From contig CM059432.1 in the NCBI GenBank assembly GCA_030390025.1, positions 77,440,001 through 77,504,000 on the forward strand: 64,000 nucleotides of DNA, in the 5' to 3' direction. The number at the start of each line of letters is the position of its first letter. Within the stretch, counting starts at the first letter, position 1. Shown piece by piece: positions 1 through 13,572 of the stretch. The DNA comes from Squalus acanthias (taxonomy: Eukaryota). The notes beneath the pieces are model-generated. The model ran no database searches. It was not told the origin of the DNA and saw only the letters and a program-made list of their open reading frames with translations. The translations under genes and the position numbers were made by a program.

Positions 1-790
1 CTCAACTCCACTTTCCTGCCCGCTCCCCAAAACCCTTGACTCCCTTATTGTTCAAAAATCTGTCTATCTCCATCTTAAATATAGTCAATGACCCAGCCTG
101 CACAGCTCTCTGGGGTAGAGAATTCCAAAGATTCATGACCCTCTGAGAGAAGAAATTCCTCCTCATCTCCGTTTTAAGTGGGCGACCCCTTATTCTGAAA
201 CTATGCCCCCGAGTTCTAGATTCCCCCACGAGGGGAAACATCCTCTCTGCATCTACCCTGTCAAGCCCCCTCAGAATCTTATACGTTTCAATAAGATCAC
301 CTCTCATTCTTCTAAACTCCAATGAGTATAGGCCCAACCTGCTCAACCTTTCTTCATAAGACAACCCCTTCATCTCAGGAATTAACCTAGTAAACCTTCT
401 CTGAACTGCCTCCAATGCAAGTATATCACTCCTTAAATAAGGAGACCAAAACTGTACGCAGTACTCCAGGTGTGGTCTCACCAACGCCCTGTACAGTTGT
501 AGCAAGACTTCCTTACTTTTATACTCCATCCCCCTTGCAATAAAGGCCAACATTCCATTTGCCTTCCTAATTACTTGCTGTACCTGCATGTTAACTTTTT
601 GTGTTTCATGTACGAGGACCCCCAGATCCCTCTGTACCGCAGCATTTTGTAATCTCCCTCCATTTAAATAATAATTTGCTTTTTTATTTTTCCTACCAAA
701 GTGGATAACCTCACATTTTCCCACATTATACTCCATCTGCCAAATTTTGCCCACTCACTTAACCTATCTATATCCCTTTGCAGATTCTTT
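1..790 (-). mobile_element. CR1 LINE, 3' part of ORF2 (RT C-terminus); continues at 4045 after a Harbinger insertion
   Basis: ORF 2..754 has CR1 motifs LYRALVRPHLEYCVQFWSP, RGDLIETYKIL and FFSQRVMNLWNSLP. The sequence rejoins seamlessly (cagattcttt|gtgtcctc) when 791-4047 is removed. Confidence 0.95.
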
Positions 791-1319
791 GGGCTCGATT
801 TTGCCAGGCCTGAGGAGGCGGGATTGGAGGCGTGTGAGGTGGTAAAATCGCAAAAAATGGTGGGTGGGCCCAATCCCGCCTCCATCCCGCCTCCGAGCAA
901 TTTTCCCAAATGTGTGTTTTTGACCCCGTTTCCATCATGTCTCCAAGAGGCGGGATAGGCCCTTAAGGCCCTTAACAACCAGTTAAGTACCTCTATAATC
1001 CCAGTTTGAGAGGCCTTTCTGATTTTCCCACTTTTCCCACATCCTGCACGTCTCCTCTGGAACACGCCAGTGAATCCTGGCGGCCTCACAAGTGGATTGC
1101 TTACTAACAGCTGCAGCTCCACCATTAAAAAGGAGTTTTCACCAATCATCATTTGCAGGTGGCAGAACTTTGTTGTCTCAGGTCTGGAGGAATTTTTAGC
1201 AGGCATACCCATTGTTGTGGAAGTTTGGAGCCTGAGACCTATCTCCAGTCTGACCTCCTGGGAAACCACTCTCGCCACCTTGACTGAGCGCTTTCTGAAC
1301 TGAGGCATATCCCAGAAGC

Positions 1320-1500
1320 ATGGGAACCATTTATTTCCTTTCCTCCTGGACATCAGATTCGGACGAAGACCAGCCATGGCAGCAGCAGAACCATGAACAA
1401 CAGCACCACCAACAGCAGCAGCAACAACAGGAGCGCCAAGCTGCTGCTCACCCACCTAAAGCTGCACAGGCCAGAAGGCACCAGCGCGCGACCACATTGC
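1320..1500 (+). pseudogene. 5' remnant of Harbinger transposase (acidic/Gln-rich N-terminus only)
   Basis: WTSDSDEDQPWQQQNHEQQHHQQQ resembles WTSDEDQYEHQQQQHQHQQQ, which precedes the transposase in the 37323-39168 element. No DDE core follows. Confidence 0.55.
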
Positions 1501-1804
1501 TGCCCGGGATGCAAGGGACGCACTCATCTTGGCCAGATTTGCTTAACCTGCACAATCAAACACTTTTGCCTCATACCTTCTTATCAGACCATTGACAATG
1601 GCCAAGAACCTACGGATTCCTATCACTCTGACCACCATACTGACAATTGCAAGTCGCCCTAAGCCCTCAATGTAGAAGTCCCATTAGCGAAATGACACAC
1701 GTCAGAACTGCAACAATTTGCCATCAGAATTTTTAATGACAATAAGCAACTGATGGCTTTTCAAAATTAAACACAACATTACACCCAAGTGACTACTCTT
1801 GTGA

Positions 1805-3764
1805 CTACTTGTGCATTATCTTCTTCTTACGCATGCTCCTACGTGGTGCTTCCCCTGTGGCTTCAGCAGATGTGGAGGCCCCTTGCTCACTTTCTTGCTG
1901 CTCCTGTCTCGACACCTTTGGTGGGCGTCCTCTGGGGTTGCGAACCTGTGAGGGCTCAGCAACAGTCTGCTGCTCCTGCGGCTGTGCAGGGGTTGAGACG
2001 CCAATCTCAGTTGGGTGGGGACTCTGGTAGGGCTCTGACCGAGGGCTCTGCAGTGGCATGGTTGTGTGTGCTCTTGGAGAGGAGCCCCCACTTCCTTGTT
2101 CTCTGCCACCAACATCCCTCTCATGGGTCAGCCCCACTTCAGACCTAGCAAATGGCTGGACAGCCCCTTTGTGCACTTCAGGGGGGTCATAAGGACCCGT
2201 TTCTGCGCTGGAAGTCCTACTCCAGAGGACTTCCATGAAGGTCTGGTTTCTCTGCTCAATAGCTGACCATCGCTCCTCAAGAGATGTCAGTCTATTCTGA
2301 ACAATGACCATGTTTTCACGACCCTGGTGACTAAGCTCCTCCATGGCCGTAGCCATCCTCTCCTCTACGGTAGCCATCCTTTCCACAGAGGTTGCCATCC
2401 TTTCCGTGGTGATGCGTTATGCGCCAACACCTCCACAAAGGCTCTGCTCATGTTTGCGATGGACTCTTCCATTCGCTCCACACTCGCAGCGACCCTGGAG
2501 ACTAAACCTGCCAGAGACTCCTGCACCTGTTCCTGGAGTTCCAGCACCGCTCTTCTTCTGGATGGACCCGGAGGCACAGGGTCGACATGCAGCCGAGCCA
2601 AGCTGGCAGAGTCCTGCACCCTCTGACGAGGGCTCTCCACTGCTGTCCCTGTCTCCACCATCTGCTGATGCCCACTTGTGAGCTGTGATACACCAGGTGA
2701 CAACACTACTCTATCTTGCGCAGTTCCCACCGAGGTGTGAGTGTCTGCGCTGGTGCTGGGTGCACTGAATTCTGCTGACGCTACGCCTTCAAAGGTTGCA
2801 GCTTCCTCTGAGGAGTCTTGAAGCTCAGGCTCTTCCTCTTGGACAGTGGGGACAGGGGCTGTCGATGGTCCTGTGAGGAGTAAAGGAAAGAGTTGGAGAT
2901 GTGAGGTAAAGTTTGCATGCACATTGAATTGTGCAGATGATCATAAGTCAATCTGTTAGACCTTCAGAATCATTATCAGTTACTCATGCAATATCAATGA
3001 GAGAGATGCAAAGTTATTCTGTCACCAGCTTGCTGTGATGCACCCGTCTGTCCATCCCCCACTTGCGCATCTTCCTTCACTCCCACAATCTCCAGGGCCG
3101 CCTCCTCCACAGTGGTGAGCTGGGCTACTGAGGGTGGCCCTCCTCCTGTCCTCGCCCTCTCCCTCTTATTGTGGGCCCTCTTTTCCTGTAATGAGGGACA
3201 CAAGTGGAGTTTGAGTGAAAATGAAGGAGTGAGTGTAGAGATTCCATAGCATAGATGCTTAGAAGGAGACAAAGATGGAGTGAGGTGCCAAGACCAAGGG
3301 CCCTCCCTGTGTATTGTAAGTTGTTGTCATAGCATCACAGCGATAGTGTGAGGGCTGCATAGTCCAATAGTTAAGTGAATGTGAACATACAGAGAGAGGG
3401 AATGGGTAAGGGTGCAGGGATGTCAGTGTCAAGTGGGATGTGGAGGAAGAGGTTGGCAAAGCTGAGTGCTGGTGAGGAGAGGCGATGGGGATCAGATTGA
3501 AGGTGATGGGAAAGGCATACTCACTTTTCCTGTGTGGAGATGGTCATGAAACCTCTGTCTGCACTGCAGCCAGGTTCTGCGGCACATAGACATTGAGTTG
3601 ACCTCCTGGTCCACTTGCATCCACACAGCATTAGTCTGCTGGGGTGGCTTTTTTCTCCCTGAGGAAGGGAAGAGCACCTCCTTATTTGCTCTTGCTTCCT
3701 CCACCAGAGCTTGGAGGGAGGGCTCATCGAACCGTGGAGCACACTTTGACCTACTGCTGGACAT
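1805..3764 (-). pseudogene. Harbinger Myb/SANT-like DNA-binding protein, 3 exons (3764-3525, 3185-3026, 2870-1805), one frameshift near 2400
   Basis: APRFDEPSLQALVEE...W...RTWLQCRQRFHD trihelix/Myb motif; KRAHNKRERARTGGGPP in exon 2; GT-AG sites that keep frame (phase 0 then 1); coiled coil and basic C-terminus. Confidence 0.85.
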
Positions 3765-4044
3765 ATTTGCTGAATGAAGCGATCACAACAATGGGCATAA
3801 AGTTTAAAGTCTCCAGAAGAAGCAAGGCTGCTTGCAGGCCTTAAATCGAGCAGCATTGATGATGTCATCGGAGGCGACTTTCTGTATGAAAAGACTCATT
3901 GGGCCAGGGGTTCCCACACGCTGGAAATCAAGTGCCCAATTAGGGGAAAATAGCACTTTTTTCCCACTTCATTTCGGAGTCGGAGTCCTGACACGAAAAC
4001 CACCCGACACGCCCCAGCCCGACCCCAATGGCAAAATCGAGCCC

Positions 4045-5780
4045 TTTGTGTCCTCTTCACAACTTGCTTTCCCACCTATCTTTGTATCATCAAAATTTGA
4101 CTGCATTACACTCGGTCCCTTCATCCAAGTCATTAATATAGATTGTAAACAGCTGAGGCCCCAGCACTAATCCCTGCGGCACCCCACTAGTTACCGTTTG
4201 CCAACCTGAAAATGACCCATTTATCCCGACTCTCTGTTTCCTGTTAGTTAGCGAGTCCTCTATCCATGCTAATATATTACCCCCAACCCCAGGAGCTCTT
4301 ATCTTGTGCAGTAACCTTTTATGTGGCACCTTATTGAATACTTTCTGGAAATCCAAATACACTACATCTACTGGTTCCCCTTTATCCACCCTGCTCATTA
4401 CATCCTCAAAGCAAATTTGTCAAACATGATTTCCCTTTCATAAAACCATGCTGACTCTGCTTGACTGTATTGTGATTTTCTAAATGTCCTGCTATTCCTT
4501 CCTTAATAATGGACTCCAGCATTTTCCCAATGACAGATGTTAGGCTAACTGGTCTATAGTTTCCTGCTTTCTGTCTCCTCCTTTCTTGAATAGGGGCGTT
4601 ACATTTGCAGTTTTCCAATCTGCTGGGACCTCTCCAGAACCCAGGGAATTTTGGTAGATTACAATCAACGCATCCACTATCTCTGCAGACACTTCTTTTA
4701 AGACCCTAGGATGCAAGCCATCAGGTCCAGGGGACTTGTCCACCTGTAATCCCATAAGTTTGCCGAATACTTTTTCTCTAGTGATAGTGATTGTTTTAGG
4801 TTCCTCCCTCCCTATAGCCCCTTGATTACCTATTATTACTGGGATGCATTTAGTGTCTTCTACCATGAAGACTGATACAAAATATTTGTTTAAAGTCTCT
4901 GCCATTTCCCTGTTTCCCATTATTAATTTGCCAGTCTCATCCTCTAAGGGACTAACGTTTACTTTAGTTACTCTCTTCCTTTTTATATACCTGTCGAAGC
5001 TCTTACTGTCTGTTTTTATATTTTTTGCTAGTTTACTCTCATAATCTATCTTCTCTCTATTATTTTTTTAGTAGTCCTTTGCTGGTTTCTAAAAATTTCC
5101 CAACCCTCTGGCCTACCACTAATCTTTGCATCATTGTATGCCTTTGTTTTCAACTTGATACCATCCTTAACTTCCTTAGTTAGCCACGGATGGTTCATTC
5201 TTCTCTTCGAGTCTTTCTTTTTCACTGGAATATATCTTTGCTGAGAGTTATGAAATATCTCCCGAAATATCTGCCACTGCTTATCTACTGTCTTACCCTT
5301 TAATCTATTTTTCCAGCCCACTTTAGCCAATTCTGTCTTCATACCTTTGTAACTGCCTTTATTTAAGTTCAGGACACTAGTTTGAGACCCAAGTTTCTCA
5401 AGCTCAAACTGAATTTGAAATTCTAACATGCTATGATCACTCTTCCCTAGAAGATCCTTTACTATGAGATCATTAATTAATCCTTCTCATTACACATTAC
5501 CAGATATAAAATAGCCTGCTCCCTGGTTGGTTCCACAACGTATTGTTCTAAGAAACCATCCTGAATACACTCTATGAACTCTTCCTCAAGGCTACCTTTG
5601 CCAATTTGATTTGTCCAATCTATATGAAGATTAAAATCGCCTATGATTATTGCAGTACCTTTCTTACAAGCGTCCATTATTTCTTGAATTATACTCTGTC
5701 CTACAGTGTAGCTACTGTTAGGGGGCCTATAGACTGCTCCCACCAGTGACTTCTTTCCCTTATTATTTCTTATTTTACGT
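4045..5780 (-). mobile_element. CR1 LINE ORF2 (endonuclease end to RT), degraded, 5'-truncated
   Basis: ORF fragments [58 protein letters not shown]. Confidence 0.95.
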
Positions 5781-6323
5781 GAACTTTACTCGTTAAAACT
5801 ATTTAAAATGATTTGCAAATTAAACATTACAGTGCACTTGCCTCCTTAAAGACACCTTTGCAACTGCAAATTTGGTCCGGTTCAAATAAACCAATTTCTG
5901 ACATTTGCACAGTGGCAGTTTCTCTTCAAAATGCAACACAGGGTTTGTTTGAGACTGGAAAGCTCTGTTTAGTAGTATGGTTACTTTAAACTAATTGCTT
6001 TATCACCCCATCATAAAATTTTACAATCCTTTCAGTGAATTATTTGGTGATACAAGAAGTTTAGAAACAGTGCCTCAACTACCTAATTACACTACAGAAA
6101 ACACAACTACCTAATGGGCATATCATGATCAGAACCTTTTAGTCACACACAGTGTTTTATGGCCTAGATGGGATTCCGCATCAGTGATTGTAACTATCCT
6201 AGGCTGATATATGAAGGGAGAGCCTGTAAGAGTCTTTCCTAGCCCAGAGAGTTAGGGAGGGCTCATGCAGTCGATGTGGAGAAATGATTTAGCAGCCAAC
6301 CTGAGGACATTTTCTCCACTATT

Positions 6324-7083
6324 GGGCCAGAAATTCGGCTCTCCGGCTTCCCGCGGGTGCAAGGATCGCACGCGTACTTACCTACTGCGCCTGCCGTTGT
6401 GCTTCGGGCCCGCGTGGACTTTGGCTCCTGGGCCTCCTGCAGCTGCCGGCGCGCAGTGCTTGCGTATCCCAGGGGCGCAGTTAGTTCGAAGCATCCCCTG
6501 GGATCACGTGGGCCATGGCGAGCCAATCGGAGCAGGGAATCTCCATTCATAGATTTTGACAGGAAGACCTGTCAAATCTATGAATAGAGATCACCCCCCA
6601 AAACCTAACTAAAACTTCAAATAAATTAAAAAAAATCACATTTTTAAAATAACTATAAATTACATAAATTAACTACTTTAAACAAAAATTTAAATTTTTG
6701 AAAAAATTAATTACACTTTTTAACGGTGCTAAAAATAAACTTACCTTTCTTTAAAGTATGTAAAAAAGATAAACCTGTTGAAAAATTTTTAAATTGTATT
6801 TAATTCACCACTTACCTTGTTAAAAACAGGCCTCGCGCCTCCTTTTTTCCTGCGCAGCTTCTCCATACTTACCCTCCCGGAGAAACCTGAAAAAAAAACG
6901 AAGTTCGCTGCGTGCACGCTGCCTCTCCGGCGCACGCGGTTGACCCTCGAACCCCTTTTTTCACGAGACCGGAAGTTCCGGTTTCCCGTGCATGCGCAGT
7001 GCATGCGCGAAAACGGCACTTCCGGTGGCCCTACGGGTAAGTACACAGCGCGTACTCACCCATGGAGACCCAAATTTCTGCCC
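6324..7083. mobile_element. Harbinger-type MITE (GC-rich arms, AT-rich centre)
   Basis: Imperfect TIRs gggccagaaattcggctctcc / ggagacccaaatttctgccc; TSD ATT on both sides. Confidence 0.75.
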
Positions 7084-7344
7084 ATTAACTTTTGTTTAAA
7101 CTCAAGCTGAGTAAATGCTAAGGTACGGTCTACATGTATCTCAACTATGTATTTTTATTTTAGTTGTATTGACTAAAGCAAAGGATTATTAAGAAAATTT
7201 CTTTTGATATATCTTACAAATTAAATAATTTTGAGTCAACAGGCAAGTTACTTCAAAGTATCCTTGTCTGGTGTTAGTTTGGCAGTATTGCTCATTATTT
7301 TATTTCAAAATATAGCAGCCTTGAATTTCCCTTGTGGTAACCCG

Positions 7345-8188
7345 AGGCGCAATCTTGCCAGCCCTGGGAGGTGGGTTTGGAGGCAGGACTGCCGGGAAAA
7401 TGGCAGAATCTGGGGGCGGGTGCCCAACCTGCCCCCAACCCACCTCTGTGCCATCTTGCCAGGAGGCGGGTAGCCGACCCGCACCGGGTCCCATCTCCTT
7501 GGAGGCGGGAAGGGGATTAGTGTCACTTATCTGCCTGTTAACAGGTAGTTAACAGGCAGATTAGAGGATTATCCTCATTTTACCCACACAAGTGCAGGCT
7601 TCCCGAAGGCTGCGAACCCTGCCAGGGTCACCGAGGCGAGCAGTGGGTCTGCGGGGGTCGGAGGGGTGCAAAAGTGCGCTGTGAATGTAAGTGATGGGTG
7701 CAAGTGTGGAGAGTTGAGTATGTGAGGTAAGTGGAAAGTGTTAGTAAAAGTTTACTTACCTTTGTTTCTTCCTGCAGGCTTCAACAGTTCGGTATGTGGA
7801 GAGTCTCGCACCTCCGCGGCAGAGATGACAGATGGCTGTTGCATTCTCCAATGTAGCAACCATCTAATTTTTGCTAAATAAAGAGGTTTGATGAGTCTTG
7901 AATTCAAGGACTCATCAAACTACAGAGAATGACAGTGTTTGACAGCTTCACAGAGCTGTCAAACGATGACAATTAATCTGTCAAAATTTTTGACAGATGA
8001 AACGTCATACATTGACGTTCTCTGTAACCGGCTTTCACTTAATTGGCCTGCTAAACCCGCTGGGCGGGCTGAACAAGGTCAATCAAGGAAAAATAGCGTG
8101 GGTTGGCCAGAAGTTGATGGAGGTGGGACTGAAACCCGACAAGTGGGAGTCCCGCCTCCAAAAGCTCCCCATTGGCAAAATCCAGCCC
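7345..8188. mobile_element. Harbinger MITE related to family A; second copy inverted at 49564-50379
   Basis: TIRs aggcgcaatcttgcca / tggcaaaatccagccc; TSD CCG; subterminal similarity to 791-870. Confidence 0.8.
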
Positions 8189-8196
8189 CCGGTGTA

Positions 8197-11100
8197 ACAT
8201 AGAAACATAGAAGATCGGAGCAGGAGTAGGCCATTCGGCCCCTCGAGCCTGCTCCGCCATTTAATGAGATCATGGCTGATCATCCAAATTCAGTACCCTG
8301 TCCCTGCTTTCTCCCCATATCCCTTGATCCCTTTAGCCTTAAGAAATATATCTAACTCCTTCTTGAATATATTTACTGACTTGGCCTCAACTGCCTTGTG
8401 TGGTAAAGAATTCCACAGGTTCACCACTCTCTGGGTGAAAAAATTCCTCCTCATCTCAGTCCTAAATGGCTTACCCCTTATCCTTAGACTGTGACCCCTG
8501 GTTCTGGACTGCCCCGCCATCGGGAACATCCTTCCTGCATCTAGTCTGTCTAGCCCTGTTAGAATTTTATAAGTTAGAAACATAGAAACATAGAAACTAG
8601 GAGCAGGAGTAGGCCATTCGGCCCGTCGAGCCTGCTCCACCATTCAATACGATCATGGCTGATCATCCAAATCCAGTACCCTGTCCCTGCTTTCTCACAC
8701 AGAATCCCCATCGAGCCTGCACCGACACATATCCCACCCTATCCCCGTAACCCCACGTATTTAATTCCTCCTAACATATCCCATCCTATCCCTGTAACCC
8801 CACATATTTAATCCCCCCCTAACACTAAGGGTCAATTTATCATAGCCAAATCAACCTAACCCGCACATTTTTTGGACTGTGGGAGGAATGAGATCTCCTC
8901 TCATTCTTTTAAACTCCAGCAAGTATAAGCCCAATCGACCCAATCTCTCCTCGTACGTCATTCCTGCCATCCCAGGTATCAGTCTGGTGAATCTTCGCTG
9001 CACACCCTCCATGGCAAGAACATCCTTCCTCAGATAAAGCGACCAAAACTGCACGCAATACTCAAGAAGTGATCTCACCAAGGCCCTGTACAGCTGCAGC
9101 AAGACATCCTTGTTCCGGTACTCAAACCCTCTCGCTACGAAGGCCAACATACCATTTGCCTTCTTAACCGCCTACTGTACCTGCATGCTTACCTTCAGCG
9201 ACTGGTGCACAAGGACACCCAGGTCTCGTTGCACTTCCCCTTTACCCAATCTATTGCCATTCAGATAATAATCTGCCTTTCTGTTTTTGCCACCAAAGTG
9301 GATAACCTCGCATTTATCCACATTATACTGCATCTGCCATGCTTCTGCCCAATCACCCAACCTGTCCAAATCATACTGCAGTTTCTCTGCATCCTCCTCA
9401 CAGCACACACGCCCACCCAGCTTTGTGTCATCTGCAAACTTGGAGATATTACATCTAGTTCCCTCGTCTAGATCATTAATATATATATAGTGAATAGCTG
9501 GGGTCCTAGGACCGGTCCCTGCGGAACCCCACTAGTCACTGCCTGCCACTCAGAAAAAGACCTGTTTATTCCAACTCTTTGCTTCCTGTCTGCCAACCAG
9601 TTCTCTATCCAAGTCAATACCTTGCCCCCAATTCCATGTGCCTTCACTTTACACGCTAATCTCTTATGTGGGACCTTATCGAAAGCCTTCTGAAAGTCCA
9701 AATACACCACATCCACTGGTTCTCCCTTATCTATTCTATTAGTTACATCCTCAAAAAATTGCAGTAGATTAGTCAAGCACGATTTACCTTTCGCAAACCC
9801 ATGTTGACTTTGTCCAATCCTGTCACTGTTTTCCAAGTGCTCTGCTATTACATCTTTTATAATGGACTCTAGCATTTTCCCCACAACCGATGTCAGGCTT
9901 ATAATTCCCCGTTTTTTCTTTACCACCCTTTTTGAACAGTGGGGTAACATTAGCTACCCTCCAATCCATGGGAACTGTTCCAGAGTCTATAGAATTTTGG
10001 AAGATGACCAGCAATGCATCTACTATTTCTAGGGCCACTTCCTTTATTACCCTAGGATGTAGATTATCAGGCCCTGGGGATTTATCGGCCTTTAATGCCG
10101 TCAATTTCCCTAACACCATTTCCCTACAAATACTGATTTCATTCAGTTCCTCCCTCTCATTAGACCCTATGTTCCTCGACATCTCTGGGAGGTTATTTGT
10201 GTTCTCCTTTGTGAAGACAGAGCCAAAGTATGTATTTAATTGGTCTGCCATTTTTTTGTTCCCCATTATAAATTCCCCTGATTCTGACTGCAAGGGACCT
10301 ATGCTTGACTTCACCAATCTTTTTCTCTTCACATATTTATAAAAGCTTTTACAGTCAGTTTTTATGTTCCCTGCAAGCTTACGCTCGTACTCTATTTTCC
10401 CCCTCTTAATTAATCCCTTTGTCCTCCTTTGCTGAATCCTAAACTGCTCCCAATCCTCAGGTTTACTGCTTTTTCTGGCCAATTTATATGTCCTCTCCTT
10501 GGATCTTATGCTATCCCTGATTTCCCTTGTCAGCCATGGTTGAGACACCTTTTTTGTTTTATTTTTATGCCAGACAGGGATGAACAAATTCTGTAGTTCA
10601 TCCATGCGATCTTTGAATGTTTGCCATTGCCTATCCACCATCAACCCTTTGAGTAACACTCCCCAATCTTTCCTACCCAACTCGCGCCTCATACCATCGT
10701 AGTTTCCTTTATTTAAATTCAGGACCCCAGTCTCTGAGTCAACTATTTCATTCTCCATCTTAATGAAGAATTCTATCATATTATGATCGCTCCGCCCCAA
10801 GGGGCCCCGCACAACAAGATTGCTAATTAATCCTTTCTCATTACATAATACCCAGTCTAAGACGGCCTGGTCTCTAGTTGGTTCCTCGACATATTGGTCC
10901 AGGAAACCATCCCGTATACACTCCAGGAATTCCTCCTCCACAGTATTGTTACTAATTTGGTTAGCCCAATCTATATGTAGATTAAAGTCACCCATGATAA
11001 CTGCGTGCCCTTATTGCACGCATCTCTAATTTCCTGTTTAATGCCATCCCCAACCTCTGCATTACTGTTTGGGGGTCTGTATACCACTCCCACTAACGTT

Positions 11101-11595
11101 TTCTGCCCCTTGGTATTTCTCAGTTCTACCCATACGGATTCCACATCATCAGAGCTAATATCCTTCCTTACAATTGTGTTAATCCCCTCTTTAACCAACA
11201 ATGCTACCCCAGCTCCTTTTCCTTTTTGCCTGTCTTTCCTGAATATTGAATACCCCTGGATGTTGAATTCCCAGCCTTGGTCACCCTGGAGCCATGTCTC
11301 CATAATCCCAATCACATCATATCCGTTTACCTCTATTAGCGCAGCTAATTCATCCACCTTATTACGAATGCTCCTCGCATTAAGACATAAAGCCTTCAGG
11401 CTTGTTTTTTTAACACTCTTAGACCTTTTAGAATTATTATTTACTGTGGCCATGTTTGATTTAAACTCTTGATTTCTCTGACTGTCACCTTTGCTTTTCT
11501 CCTTCCTGTCTTTTGCTTCTATCCTTGTTTCCCTTTCCTCTGTCTCCCTGCTCAGGTTCCCAATCCCCTGCCATTTTAGTTTAAACCCTCCCCCG
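8197..11595 (-). mobile_element. CR1 LINE: near-complete degraded ORF2, end of ORF1, 3' UTR and (ttctatgt)n tail; interrupted by a SINE
   Basis: Endonuclease start LKALCLNARSIRNK, ETWL and GDFN; RT motifs; ORF1 end ggggagggtttaaactaa (minus) near 11577-11593; tail acatagaaacatagaa at 8197. Confidence 0.95.
8576..8886 (-). mobile_element. 5'-truncated V-domain (HE1-like) SINE with CR1-derived 3' tail, inserted in CR1
   Basis: Shares its body with 13573-13879 and 34969-35395; the host CR1 continues across it (compare 28283-28325). Confidence 0.8.
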
Positions 11596-11757
11596 GGTGG
11601 GCACCAACCAGTGCCAAGCCTCGGAAAGATTTTTCTCAAAAGTGGCATCAGTATGAATGGGCGTATTGTAATGCAATGCAATTGATGAGATGACATCATA
11701 CAACATACTTACAATGCAGGAATGTGCTATAAAGTGCCATCACTGTTGAAACTCTTA

Positions 11758-12648
11758 GGGGGAGAAATTCGGTATCGCCCCGTTTGGGGTGCAATTATCG
11801 GCTGGGTGCAAAGTTTAGCGCCTGGCGCTAATTATTGCCTCTGACTGCAAACTTGGCCTCTATTGCCCCTGGAGGTGATTTGAGCGCTAAATCAGGCGCT
11901 ACACACCTCTCTTAAGGCGCTAACGCCGAGGAGCGAGGCGTTACCTCAGAGCTCTGGCGAAGCTCATGTGATGCCAGTTAGCAATGGGACACAGACACAC
12001 TGGCGCCAGGCCAGTTCTTAAAGGGGAGGGTCGATCTTGCTCTCCAGCCACACCCTGCTCATTGTAGCCTTGCATCTCAGCCTAGAGAGACCTGTGCATC
12101 AATTCTGCTGGAAAAAACAATGGAGAGGCCCAGGGAAAGAGCTCAGAGTGCAGCCCCCATAGTCTCTTCTACATCGATGCAAGGAAGATCAAATCAAAAT
12201 GAACCTGCAAAGTGCTGCTCAGTACCCAAAACTCCTTCACACAGTGTTGAATCTCTCCAGAAGTCTCTCTCTCTCTCAGAATGCGTGGTGCAAAAATGTC
12301 GCCGACAAAAAAAGGCAAGAAGCGGACGCCTTTAAATAGCGTTCCCCCAGTCCCTTCCCGACTGCAAAACGTTCCCCTCTACCTGTCGTTGCTAGCGGCA
12401 GGTGGAAAGGCAGGGGGCGCCACTCAATATCCGGTCCGGGGCGCTACCGGGGCATTGCACGCTTGACTGACGTCACGATCTGCAGGCACAGGAGATTGTG
12501 GTGGTAGTGTTTAGCGCTACCGCAAAATGTCTGGTCAATTTCGCGAGCGGCGCAAACATCGCCGCGCCCGGACGCTAGTTGCTTTGCGCCCCATTAGCGC
12601 CCTCTTAGGACGCTAACGGAAGGCGCAAAGCAACCAAATTTTTCCCCC
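11758..12648. mobile_element. Harbinger deletion derivative/MITE of family B
   Basis: TIRs gggggagaaatt / aatttttccccc; both arms align with the ends of 32563-37139; keeps the Myb start MERPRERAQ (12120). Flanks are TTA/TAA (imperfect TSD). Confidence 0.8.
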
Positions 12649-13281
12649 TAATTTTGTAAGAGCGCATGGGAGACTTGTACACTCCTAGTATCCAGCACTT
12701 CTGTGGACTGGTGAGTATGGGGTTAAAACATATATTGTCAGTTAGCACAATGTAATCAGTCACAGAGGAATCATTTAAAAGCTAAATTTAAATTATTGGC
12801 CTAGAAATTGGGTTACTTACTGCTACCCGTTAGCGCTGGAATCCTGTAAAAAATGGTGGCTGCCGCTCTAATGCCCGCCTCTGGCGCAGGACTTGGTGGC
12901 CACCATTTTGGTGAGGGCCATAACCCTGCTGATAGCAGTGCTGGCCCTGGACATGCAAAATGGAGAGCGTGGAACGCCGACTTAATACCACACTCTGCAA
13001 ACTTGGACCTTTGCACTGAGTTCAGTGCTTGGTCCTAAGCTCGCTCTGAAAAGCGAGCGTGCAGCAGACTGACAGAGATGCTGTCAGCACTTCTTAAGGG
13101 GACACACTCATTTTTCAGGTAAGTATGCATTTCAGTTTTTGAACAGGATTTTTAAAAATTTTACTGCAGTAGTGGCTTGGTGTAATACATGTTAAAAGTT
13201 TTTTTAAGTGTGCAGAGAGTGCAGGGAGTGCTGCTGGACAATCATAAGGCCTCGGATGGTAAAGGAAGGCATCTGAGAAAA

Positions 13282-13395
13282 CAGAAAATGCTGGAAATAT
13301 TCAGCAGGTCAGGCAGCATCTGTGGAGAGAGAAACAGAGTTCACATCTCAGGTTGAGATGCTGCCTGACCTGCTGAGTACTTCCAGCGTTTTCTG
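13282..13395. repeat. 40-bp-arm inverted repeat made of Penelope-type terminal sequence, inside family C
   Basis: Arms 13282-13321 and 13356-13395; same sequence type as 55190-55270 and 43078-43140. Confidence 0.8.
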
Positions 13396-13572
13396 CTTTT
13401 ATTTCAGATTTACAGCATCTGCTTGCAGAGGGAAGAGGAAGACACAGAAGGGGGAGATGCAGAAGAGAAAGACGCAGAAGAGAAAGATGCAGAAGAGGAA
13501 GAAGCAGAAGAGGAGGAGGTGGAAGAGGAGGAAGCATGCAACCCAGACAGCCCTTTTCTGGCCGGGATATCA

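Larger units (their letters stand above)
791..4044. mobile_element. PIF/Harbinger transposon (family A); transposase internally deleted, Myb/SANT gene retained
   Basis: Perfect 16-bp TIRs gggctcgattttgcca (791-806) and tggcaaaatcgagccc (4029-4044); 3-bp TSD TTT; convergent two-gene layout. Confidence 0.92.

Noticed and set aside
664..1455. 263-aa minus-strand ORF
   Set aside because: Chimeric frame running from antisense Harbinger sequence into an off-frame CR1; no domain.
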